64,000 nt of DNA from an uncultured delta proteobacterium (GTDB lineage Bacteria; Desulfobacterota; Desulfomonilia; Desulfomonilales; Desulfomonilaceae). The stretch's first letter is position 1; the number at the start of each line of letters is the position of its first letter. The notes under the pieces are model-generated. The model was not told the origin of the DNA, made no database searches, and saw only the letters and a program-made list of their open reading frames with translations. Positions 30,217-39,144 of this stretch are shown in pieces. The stretch covers positions 704,001-768,000 of the forward strand of contig CAWBKB010000003.1 in the NCBI GenBank assembly GCA_963789265.1, read 5' to 3'. Position numbers and translations under genes: made by a program.

Positions 30217-33200
30217 TTATGAAGCCGCTTCCAGGAGTGAATCGATCTCCTGGAACACTTGATCGTCTCTGAAATGTTGTAGCTCTATTGCCTTGCCGGG
30301 ACACACAGAAGAGCAGATCCCACAACCCTGGCACAGAGCCGCTAAGATTTCCGCCTTATGTTCCTCAGTTATGCGGGGCGCGCCGTAAGGGCACAGCCTG
30401 ACGCAGGTCAGACATGCCGCGCATTTTGAGGGATCGACCTTGGAAATAACTCCCGGGAATGTCAACTGCTCCTGACTGAGCAGGATCGACGCTCTTTGGG
30501 CAGCCGCGGTAGCCTGAGCTATAGACTCATCAATCGGCTTGGGATAGTGAGCCAGCCCCGCGAGGAATACTCCTTCAGTGGTGAAGTCCACAGGACGCAG
30601 CTTCATGTGGGCTTCCATGAAATATCCCTGTGAATTCACCGTCACCTTGAATAGCTGCCCCATTTCCTTATTGGATTCCGCAGGATCGATGGCTGCAGCC
30701 AATACAAGTAGATCGGCGGGGATCTTGATGTCCTCGTCCAACACCGGATCATGGACCACAACGCTGACCTTATCCCCTTGAGCTTCCACTTGAGGCTTTG
30801 CCTCGGGGTCATATCGCACGAAGATTGTCCCCGCGCGCCGCGAATCTGTATAGAACTTTTCGAGAAGTCCGTAAGTTCGCAAGTCTCTATAGAGAATGTA
30901 CGTCTTTACACCAGGGCTGATCTCTCTGAGGCGCTCGGATAGACGTACCGACCCCTGGCAGCATATCTTGGAACAGTAAGGACGTTCCTCGCAACGTGAC
31001 CCCACGCATTGGATGAACACCGCGGTCTTGACATCTTTGAGCTTGGGATCGCCGGCCATAATTCGCTCTTCAAGTGAATGGTGAGTCTCAACGGCTGGAT
31101 GCTCTCCGTACAGATACTCTTTGGGCTTGGATTCAACTGCGCCCGTGGCAATGATAGCCGCTCCGAACTCAATGTCGCGAGGAGACTCGCTGTCACCGCT
31201 AATTTTCCCTTTGAAATGGCCTACATGCCCTGACAAATCAGAAAATGTCGACTTCTTGAATACCTCGATTTTCGGATGTGACTCCACCTTCGTAAGAAGA
31301 TCGGCCAGAAACGGCTTGACTTCTTCTCCGTGGATGGTCTTTTCAATAGAAAGGGCGTTCCCGCCAAGCCGGTCGCTCTTTTCGGCCAGATAAACCTGGA
31401 ACCCCTGATCTCCCAAGTTCAGAGCAGCACTCAGGCCCGAAATGCCGCCGCCCAGGACGAGAGCGTTGGGGACGACATCCATCTTGGATTTTTGCAACGG
31501 CGCCAAAAGCCGGGCTCTCGATACAGCCATTCTGGCCAGGTCCATAGCTTTATGAGTGGCTTCCTGTTTGTGCGTTGCGTGGACCCATGAGCACTGATCA
31601 CGGATATTGGTCATCGTGAAGAGGTACGGGTTCAGGCCGGCCTTCTCCATGGTAAGCTGAAACATCGGCTCGTGCGTTCTCGGACTGCACGCAGAGACCA
31701 CAACCCGATTCAGATTGTGTTCTTTTATAATTTCAAGGAATTGTTCCTGGGTATCCTGAGAGCATGTGAAGAGCCGTTCCTCGGCGAATACCACGTTCGG
31801 AAGGGTCTTCACGTGTTCGACCACCCTTGGAACGTCTACCACGTTGGCAATGTTAATTCCGCACCGGCAAACGAAAACGCCTATGCGCGGCTCTTCTCCC
31901 GAAACATCGCGCTGCGGAGGAAATACCTGCTTGGTGGTCAGTGAGTTGCGTGCAGAGGCCAGCAGTCTCGAAGAAGCACCTGCGGCTGCCGAGGCTTCCA
32001 TAACCGTCTGTGGGATATCCTTGGGACCTTGGAACATGCCGGCCGCAAAGATGCCGGGTCTGCTTGTTTGAATCGGCTCGAAAGTGGTGGTGGAACAGAA
32101 CTCCGACTCATTCAGATCAACGCCTATCTTCCGGGCAAGCTCTCTGGACTCTTCCGATGTTTTGAGCCCCACGGCCAGGACCACCATGTCGAATGTCTCT
32201 GTTGTAAGCTTCTGGTTTTCGTCCAAGTAAGTGATGTTGAGATTATGGGTTAGCGGATCTTCCACCACTCGGCTAATCATGGAACGGATGAAGCGAACCG
32301 CGCCCCCATTCTTTGCGCGTTCGTAATAAGCGTCGAAATCCTTTCCATAAGCCCGGATATCCATATAGAAAATCGTCGGCTCTATATTTGAATCATGTTC
32401 CTTGGCTATCACGGCCTCTTTGATGGAAGCCATGCAGCAAATGGAGCTGCAGTGGGGCATTCCTCTCTGGGGGTCTCGTGAGCCAACGCACTGGATCCAT
32501 GCGATCTTCCTGGGGTGGCTACCATCGGATGGACGTTTGACTTCACCCGCGTTCGGGCCCGAAGCGCTCAGCATGCGCTCGAATTCCATGTTGGTAAGGA
32601 CATTGAGGGCAGTGCCGTACGAAAACTCTCCACGGATCTTGTCAGGTTCGATCATCTCGTACCCCGGTGAGAGGATGATCGTCCCAACTTCCACATCGAG
32701 GAATTCGTCCTGCATTGTATGGTCTATCGCCTGAGCGGGACAGGCTTTGACGCATTCCATACATTCGGAACAAACCCCGCAGTTTAGACATCTATTGGCT
32801 TCCCGCAGAGCTTCGTTTTCAGAGAACGCAAGCTCCACCTCTCGAAAGCTCTTGCGTTCGGACATATCAAGTTCGGGGTTTTTGGCTCGTGCTTCACCCC
32901 GCATTTCCGGGATCGGAGGATATTGTCGATGCTCGGGCATCTTAACGGGTCTGCCCACGGCCATATCAGCCCCTTTTAGATACCGCGAGATAGATTCGGC
33001 CGCTTCTCTGCCTGCGGCAACCGCTTCAACTACCGTGGCCGGACCTGTTCCTGCGTCACCGCCCGAGAATACGCCGGCGATGGAGGTGGCGTACGTGACC
33101 GGATCCACTTGTATTGTGTTCCAGCGACTTCTCTCCAGACCTGAGATGCCGTCCCAGATCTGGGGGTCTATGATCTGGCCTATCGCGGGAACTATCGTAT

Positions 33201-34644
33201 CAGCCTCCACGACAAATTCTGAGCCGGCAATGGGAATCGGTCTCCTTCGGCCTGACTGGTCGGCAGGGCCGAGTTCCATTTTGATGCACTTAAGTGCGGC
33301 AGCCTTGCCGTTGCCCATAACTTCTACCGGCGCGGCCAGGAATTGGATTTTGGCACCTTCGTCAACAGCCGCGGTCACTTCGTCTTCAAACGCGGGCATC
33401 TCATCTCTTGACCGCCGGTAAAGAATTGTGACATCGGCACCCAACCGGATCAGCGTGCGCGTGGCGTCAATGGCAACGTTACCGCCGCCTATCACAACGG
33501 CTTTCTTGATGCCGTTCACCGGTTTGCCCAGGGCCGCCTGCCGCAGCAAATCGACTCCCTGAATTACTCCGTCCGTATCTTCGCCCGGGATTGCCAATTT
33601 GGCGCCGTTCTGGCAACCCACCGCCAGATACGTTGCTTTGTAGCCTTCGCGCTCGATATCCTGCAAAGTGACATCCATGCCGACTACCGTGTTAGTCCTG
33701 GCTTCCACCCCAAGGTTAAGTATGTGCTGTATCTCTTGCTCGAGCACGTTTCTGGGCAGCCTGTATTCCGGAATTCCGACGCGAAGCCAGCCGCCCAGCA
33801 CGGGGCCTGCTTCGAAGATAGTGACCCTGTATCCTTCCAAGGCCAGATAATAGGCCGCGGACAGACCTGCGGGTCCGGAACCTATGACTGCTACCTTTTC
33901 TTCCCGGGGTGTTATTTCAGGGACGCTCAGAGTCGAATAGTCCACTTGATCTGCTGCGAAGCGTTTTAATTTGCAGATGGAAACCGGTTGGTCTTTTTCT
34001 CCTCTGCGACATGCTTTTTCACAAGGATGGGGGCAGACGCGACCCAATACGCCTGGGAGGGGCAGACTTCTATATATTAGCTCGACAGCTTCTTTGTATT
34101 TGCCCTGGCTAATGAGCGCGACGTAACCTTGGACGTTGATATGGGCCGGACATGCTACTACACAGGGAGCGCGGTCATATTTTTCAATTACGAAGGTCTG
34201 GGGAATCGTCTGAGGGAAGAGCCTATACGTTGCGGCTCGGTTGCTCAATTTTTGATCGAATTCGTTCGGTACATGAACCGGGCAGGCCGTGGCGCAATCT
34301 CCGCAAGCCTTACACCTGTCCTTTATGATATGGCGGGACTTTTGTCGGATTTTGACTTGAAAACGCCCCTCTTCACCTTGGATGTCGTCCACTTCACTAT
34401 AGGATAGAAGCTCAATGTTCGGATTCTGTCCGACCGTGACCAATTTGGGGGAAAATATACAAGTGGAGCAGTCGTTGGTGGGGAAGGTCTTGTCCAACTG
34501 TGCCATTCGCCCCCCGATGCCGGTCTGCTTTTCAACGAGGTAAACCTTGTAACCTGATTCCGCCAAATCCAACGAAGCCTGGACTCCGGCTATTCCGCCT
34601 CCTACGACAAGAGCCGCGCCCACTACGTCCTTTGGTTGGGCCAT
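30217..34644 (-). CDS. hdrL: HdrL-type multidomain flavoprotein, 1475 aa (paralogue of 24200..28639)
   Basis: Same domain order and motifs as 24200..28639 (NDCSTC, CPHPCEKACRR, GSGPAG, CSSICCM, CSKICC). Confidence 0.92.
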   Translation of the reverse strand: MAQPKDVVGAALVVGGGIAGVQASLDLAESGYKVYLVEKQTGIGGRMAQLDKTFPTNDCSTCIFSPKLVTVGQNPNIELLSYSEVDDIQGEEGRFQVKIRQKSRHIIKDRCKACGDCATACPVHVPNEFDQKLSNRAATYRLFPQTIPQTFVIEKYDRAPCVVACPAHINVQGYVALISQGKYKEAVELIYRSLPLPGVLGRVCPHPCEKACRRGEKDQPVSICKLKRFAADQVDYSTLSVPEITPREEKVAVIGSGPAGLSAAYYLALEGYRVTIFEAGPVLGGWLRVGIPEYRLPRNVLEQEIQHILNLGVEARTNTVVGMDVTLQDIEREGYKATYLAVGCQNGAKLAIPGEDTDGVIQGVDLLRQAALGKPVNGIKKAVVIGGGNVAIDATRTLIRLGADVTILYRRSRDEMPAFEDEVTAAVDEGAKIQFLAAPVEVMGNGKAAALKCIKMELGPADQSGRRRPIPIAGSEFVVEADTIVPAIGQIIDPQIWDGISGLERSRWNTIQVDPVTYATSIAGVFSGGDAGTGPATVVEAVAAGREAAESISRYLKGADMAVGRPVKMPEHRQYPPIPEMRGEARAKNPELDMSERKSFREVELAFSENEALREANRCLNCGVCSECMECVKACPAQAIDHTMQDEFLDVEVGTIILSPGYEMIEPDKIRGEFSYGTALNVLTNMEFERMLSASGPNAGEVKRPSDGSHPRKIAWIQCVGSRDPQRGMPHCSSICCMASIKEAVIAKEHDSNIEPTIFYMDIRAYGKDFDAYYERAKNGGAVRFIRSMISRVVEDPLTHNLNITYLDENQKLTTETFDMVVLAVGLKTSEESRELARKIGVDLNESEFCSTTTFEPIQTSRPGIFAAGMFQGPKDIPQTVMEASAAAGASSRLLASARNSLTTKQVFPPQRDVSGEEPRIGVFVCRCGINIANVVDVPRVVEHVKTLPNVVFAEERLFTCSQDTQEQFLEIIKEHNLNRVVVSACSPRTHEPMFQLTMEKAGLNPYLFTMTNIRDQCSWVHATHKQEATHKAMDLARMAVSRARLLAPLQKSKMDVVPNALVLGGGISGLSAALNLGDQGFQVYLAEKSDRLGGNALSIEKTIHGEEVKPFLADLLTKVESHPKIEVFKKSTFSDLSGHVGHFKGKISGDSESPRDIEFGAAIIATGAVESKPKEYLYGEHPAVETHHSLEERIMAGDPKLKDVKTAVFIQCVGSRCEERPYCSKICCQGSVRLSERLREISPGVKTYILYRDLRTYGLLEKFYTDSRRAGTIFVRYDPEAKPQVEAQGDKVSVVVHDPVLDEDIKIPADLLVLAAAIDPAESNKEMGQLFKVTVNSQGYFMEAHMKLRPVDFTTEGVFLAGLAHYPKPIDESIAQATAAAQRASILLSQEQLTFPGVISKVDPSKCAACLTCVRLCPYGAPRITEEHKAEILAALCQGCGICSSVCPGKAIELQHFRDDQVFQEIDSLLEAAS

Positions 34645-34702
34645 AGTATCTACACCTTCCGCCAGTTTTCTGGTGATTTTATGATTGCGATGGAGTTACT
34701 TC

Positions 34703-34731
34703 AATTTACCAGTGCAGACAGTGACTGTCAA
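34703..34731 (-). promoter_or_regulatory. sigma70-like promoter of the hdr cluster
   Basis: TTGACA-N17-TAAATT ~60 nt upstream of the hdrL ATG; palindrome GACAGT-G-ACTGTC overlaps the -35. Confidence 0.6.
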
Positions 34732-35015
34732 CCTATTCACGTTGCCGGGAGAATTGTGTCGGCCATCGAAATCATGATTATAGGACGAGCATCGAGTTGC
34801 GCGCCGGTCGTTTGAAAACTCCGGACGATTTGAAACAATTTTCTGTACAAATATTCCTGTGGATCCGGGTATGTTTATTCATTTTATAGTCCAACCGATC
34901 AAGGGAAGCGGGGCCACGTGTTTATGGAGAAAAGTTGTCCGAAACGGGACGCGGGGGACAATTTTTGATATTATCATCCAGCGGATTTCGATAAGCGCGA
35001 CCGACCCATGGAATT

Positions 35016-35305
35016 GCAAGCATTCACTTACGCGGGGGATCTTTCCTCCTTATCATTGCAAGGAGTAATACCGATGCGCCATCAAGCAAGTGACAATCCT
35101 AAAACAGGATGTGGTGGGGCAGGCATAGTGCCTGCCATTCGTCACCCCGGACTCCGATCCGGGGTCCAGTCTGGATGCCCGCGTACGCGAGCATGACGAC
35201 AGGCAATCCTGCCACAGGCAGGACCGTCCCACCAAAACCACGGTGTCACTTGCTTGAAAGTGAATTCCCATAAAAGTCTTTTCCCGTTCGTAAGTGAATG
35301 CTTGC
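35016..35305. repeat. family-A shell with composite REP cargo
   Basis: GCAAGCATTCACTTACG...CGTAAGTGAATGCTTGC perfect TIR; internal TCATTGC...GTGAC and CCCCGGACTCCGATCCGGGG units. Confidence 0.75.
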
Positions 35306-35395
35306 GTGGATTTACCCACAAAACTCTGCCGCCGGCCAGGTGGAATTGAGAACAAATTTTTGGCAAACAGAGGGTCAGGAGGAAAGGATAAAGAC

Positions 35396-36469
35396 ATGCT
35401 CTATGCGGTAATTATGGCAGGTGGGAGTGGTACCCGCTTCTGGCCGCAGAGCCGGAAAAGTAGACCGAAGCAATTGTTAAAAATCAGCGGCGACAAAAGC
35501 ATGATAAGGGCAACTGTCGAAAGGGTTCTACCGGATATCTCATTTGAGCACATTATGGTGGTTACCGGTGAGGCCCACGTGGAGGAAATCAAATCGGAAA
35601 TTCCGGAATTGGACGAGAAGATGATTGTGGCTGAGCCACAGGGGCGCAATACTGCTCCCTGCATTGCGCTGGCCGCGTATAAAATTGCCGGAGAAGACCC
35701 GGATGCTGTGATGGTCGTCCTCCCGGCCGACCATCTGATAGGCAAAGAAGATGAATTTAGGAAAGCCATACGCGCCGGCGCGGAAGCTGCCTCTACCGGA
35801 GACTTCCTGATTACCTTCGGAGTCGTCCCCGATCGTCCGGAGACCGGGTACGGGTATATAGAACTCGGACCCGAGGCTCAGAAGGTGGCGCACACGAGCG
35901 TATTTCAGGTGCAGGCCTTTGTGGAGAAACCCGACAGGGCCACAGCAGAAAAGTATTTGACTACGGGTAAGTACTTGTGGAACAGCGGCATGTTCGTCTG
36001 GAAGATTTCTGCAATTATGGAAGCCTTCGAAAAGTACGCTCCGTCCGTCAACCATAGCATTAAAGCCATTGCATCGCATTTGAACACCCCCCGTGAACCG
36101 GAGGCCATTAGAGAAGCCTACGCGTCCGTGAAAAGCATTTCCATTGATCACGCAATAATGGAGAAGGCCGCAAATGTATTGGTCCTTCCCATTGATGTTG
36201 AATGGAACGATGTGGGCAGTTGGGCATCCCTACATGATGTCTGGGTGAAGGACGGCAATAAGAATGCTGTCAGCGGGGCCTTCTTAGGACTTGACGCGAC
36301 AGGCTGCGTAGTGTGCTCGCCCCACAAGCTCACCACTCTTATAGGCGTTGATGACCTCATTGTTGTGGACACCCCTGACGCTATCCTGGTGTGCCGAAAA
36401 GACAGGGCGCAGGATGTCAGAGAACTGCAGGAAACGTTGAAAAGGCTAGGTTACGAGAAGCTTCTCTGA
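35396..36469 (+). CDS. manC: mannose-1-phosphate guanylyltransferase
   Basis: IMAGGSGTRFWP, PKQLL, EPQGRNTAP, PADH, ETGYGYI, FVEKPD, WNSGMF, WNDVGSW. Confidence 0.93.
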   Translation: MLYAVIMAGGSGTRFWPQSRKSRPKQLLKISGDKSMIRATVERVLPDISFEHIMVVTGEAHVEEIKSEIPELDEKMIVAEPQGRNTAPCIALAAYKIAGEDPDAVMVVLPADHLIGKEDEFRKAIRAGAEAASTGDFLITFGVVPDRPETGYGYIELGPEAQKVAHTSVFQVQAFVEKPDRATAEKYLTTGKYLWNSGMFVWKISAIMEAFEKYAPSVNHSIKAIASHLNTPREPEAIREAYASVKSISIDHAIMEKAANVLVLPIDVEWNDVGSWASLHDVWVKDGNKNAVSGAFLGLDATGCVVCSPHKLTTLIGVDDLIVVDTPDAILVCRKDRAQDVRELQETLKRLGYEKLL

Positions 36470-36479
36470 TGGGATCATT

Positions 36480-36950
36480 GTGAGAAAACCGGTCGGGCTG
36501 GTCCTAGCATTTTTTCTGCTCGTCCCCGTCCCCTGCTTTCCCTGGTTGGGGAAAGTGGTCGGAGTCTCCGATGGTGATACCATCAGGGTCATGCACCGGG
36601 GCAGAGCGAACAAGATTCGGCTATTCGGCATTGACTGTCCCGAGCTCGGTCAAGCTTTCGGCCGCAAGGCACGCCGCTTCACTGCTAGGATGGTCTTCGG
36701 AAAGATCGTTGAAGTCAGGAAAGTCGATGAAGACAGCTACGGCCGAACAGTGGCTTGGGTCTCGGTAGATGGAAAATCGCTCAACAAGGAGCTTCTGCGA
36801 GCGGGATTGGCCTGGTGGTACAAGTATTACGCGCAAGACGAGCGCGAATTGCAGAGGTTGGAGGCTGAAGCCAGAAGGAGCAAAATCGACCTATGGTCTG
36901 TGCCAAATCCGGTCCCGCCCTGGGAATTTCGAAGATTGGAGCGGCCCTGA
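36480..36950 (+). CDS. secreted thermonuclease (SNase-like)
   Basis: Signal peptide, VSDGDTI, IRLFGIDCPE, DSYGRTVA, GLAW, PPWEFR. Confidence 0.92.
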   Translation: MRKPVGLVLAFFLLVPVPCFPWLGKVVGVSDGDTIRVMHRGRANKIRLFGIDCPELGQAFGRKARRFTARMVFGKIVEVRKVDEDSYGRTVAWVSVDGKSLNKELLRAGLAWWYKYYAQDERELQRLEAEARRSKIDLWSVPNPVPPWEFRRLERP

Positions 36951-37049
36951 TTCGATTCGCGCACGAAAATCCTTTACAGTGGCGTAAAAGATTTCGTATT
37001 TCATTTCCTCCACCCTTTCGCATTTAAGTTTTTTCTACGATCATCACGA

Positions 37050-38678
37050 ATGAAAGAACAGGACCAGACTTACAAATGGATCGGCCTGGGTGACATCAAC
37101 GGTTTTTTCGGCCTGATGTTCGACAACATGGCTGTTCTTTCGTTTCTCGCCGGCACCCTCATTATAGGCTTCAATTTCCCGCCGGAGATTGTCTACACGC
37201 GTATGTTTCCCGGAACCGCCTTGGGAGTCTTCTTTGGCGATCTGGTTTACACATGGATGGCAGTGAGGCTGGCCAAGAAGACCGGAAGCCGCGAAGTCAC
37301 CGCCATGCCGCTGGGTCTTGATACACCGTCAACCATCGGGCTTGCCGTGGCCGTCCTGGGACCTGCCTTCGTTGCTCTCAAGCAGGGAGGTCAGACCGTG
37401 GAAAACGCGGCACTTATGACGTGGTGCATCGGCATGGCCACGATGGTGATGATAGGGATTCTCAAGGTCGCCATGTCCTTCTGCGGCCCCTGGTGCCAGA
37501 AGGTAGTCCCCAGGGCCGGATTGCTGGGGTCCCTGGCCGGTGTGGGACTCATGCTCATCGGCTTTATTCCGCTAGTGGACATCTTCAGTTTGCCCATAGT
37601 AGGGATGCTCTCGCTCGGCCTTATCCTTTACACATTGGTAGCAAGGCTCCAACTGCCCAAAAACATTCCCGGCATCTTGGCAGCGGTAATCCTGGGAACG
37701 GTCCTTTACCATCTGTTCCACGGCTTGGGATTAGGCGGTCTCTCCACCGAAACATACACCGCTCCTGTTTGGCGGCTTCATTACGGCCTGCCCGTACCAA
37801 CCCTGGATTTTGTAAAAGGGATAGTCCCTGCGCTCAAGTACCTGCCAATTGCAATTCCGTTTGCCATCTTGACCGTGGTAGGCGGGATCAACGTGACCGA
37901 GAGCGCTCGCGTGGCTGGTGACGACTACAATGCTCGCGAGATTCTGCTGACCGAGGCGTGGGCTACACTTTTGGCCGGTGTCTGCGGGGGTGTTGCCCAG
38001 TCGTGCCCGTATATCGGCCACCCCGCGTACAAGCGTATGGGCTCTCGTGCCGGGTACACTCTGCTCACAGGCGTTTTTATCGGCCTGGGAGGAATATTGG
38101 GTTACGTTTCATTCATCGTGGAGTTGATACCAAGGGCCGTATTGGCACCCATCCTGGTCTTTGTTGGCCTGGAAATCGTCACCCAGGCGTTTGTTCATTC
38201 CCCTGCCCGCCACGTTCCCGCAGTGGTTCTAGCCATGTTTCCGACCGTGGCTCGCCTCGTAGCCATCCAGCTTGAAAGACCCGAAATCGTACCGGCTGCT
38301 AATCTGCAGCATCTCATAGCCCAAGCAGGCAGTACTCTCCCGGAAGCCCTGGTGACAATAGCTATCGGCAATGGCTTCATTCTCACCGGGATGCTCTGGG
38401 GAGCCCTTCTTGCAGAAATGATCAATCGACGACTAAGGATCTGTTCGGTCTATCTGGCGATTCTCGCGGTCTTAACCTTTTTTGGTCTTGTACACTCCGC
38501 ATTGCCCGACGCGGGCGTGTACCTCCCCTGGTTATTAGCGGGCCCGACGAAGCAGATCCCCTACCAGTTCGGACTATCGTATCTTGTGCTGGCTGCCCTG
38601 ACATTTATTCTATCCTATACGAGAGGAAGTAAAGAGCAGCCCCTTTCCGACCCGGTGTCAGTAATCGAGGATGCATGA
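37050..38678 (+). CDS. polytopic permease, xanthine/uracil/AzgA-like (NCS2-related)
   Basis: Many TM helices; GDINGFFGLMFDN, TAMPLGLDTPS, PYIGHPAYKRMG. Confidence 0.75.
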   Translation: MKEQDQTYKWIGLGDINGFFGLMFDNMAVLSFLAGTLIIGFNFPPEIVYTRMFPGTALGVFFGDLVYTWMAVRLAKKTGSREVTAMPLGLDTPSTIGLAVAVLGPAFVALKQGGQTVENAALMTWCIGMATMVMIGILKVAMSFCGPWCQKVVPRAGLLGSLAGVGLMLIGFIPLVDIFSLPIVGMLSLGLILYTLVARLQLPKNIPGILAAVILGTVLYHLFHGLGLGGLSTETYTAPVWRLHYGLPVPTLDFVKGIVPALKYLPIAIPFAILTVVGGINVTESARVAGDDYNAREILLTEAWATLLAGVCGGVAQSCPYIGHPAYKRMGSRAGYTLLTGVFIGLGGILGYVSFIVELIPRAVLAPILVFVGLEIVTQAFVHSPARHVPAVVLAMFPTVARLVAIQLERPEIVPAANLQHLIAQAGSTLPEALVTIAIGNGFILTGMLWGALLAEMINRRLRICSVYLAILAVLTFFGLVHSALPDAGVYLPWLLAGPTKQIPYQFGLSYLVLAALTFILSYTRGSKEQPLSDPVSVIEDA

Positions 38679-38760
38679 AGCATTTAGAGCGGTTACCTCA
38701 ATTAATGTCCATTTGGTTATCCGATGCACAGAATTTTGAGGGGACAGCAGGATATTTTTT

Positions 38761-38847
38761 GCCATCATTCCCGAGTACGCGAATTGGCGGAGGCCTGAAT
38801 CCAGTCTTTTCAATATGTTCTGGACCCCGGCCTTCGCCGGGGTGACG
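38761..38847. repeat. REP palindrome (CTGGACCCCGGCCTTCGCCGGGGTGAC type)
   Basis: Hairpin CCCCGGC-CTTC-GCCGGGG; related unit at 35140. Confidence 0.65.
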
Positions 38848-38876
38848 GGTGGTGAACAGGTCATTACTTTTGGCAA

Positions 38877-39133
38877 TGAGTATAAGTTCCTGAAATAAGA
38901 GCAGCAAAAACTCTCGTGGTCACTTGCACATAAAAGGCATTTGTCGGATATGAATACCGCTCTAACTTCGTGCAGCGATTCTTAAATACGGTGCCACTTG
39001 CAAAGGACCGGCCTCCGTGCCGGTCTTTGCTGTGAGTGACCGGCACGGAGGCCGGTCCTACCGAGTGCGCGTCAGACCTCGGGCACAGTTCACAGCAAGA
39101 TACGTGACCGTATTTATGAAAACCTGTACTTAG
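38877..39133. mobile_element. family-C MITE with GGACCGGCCTCCGTGCCGGTC inverted pair
   Basis: Right end ATTTATGAAAACCTGTACTTAG is the reverse complement of the 13623 left end; left end degenerate. Confidence 0.65.
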
Positions 39134-39144
39134 GAAACACATCA

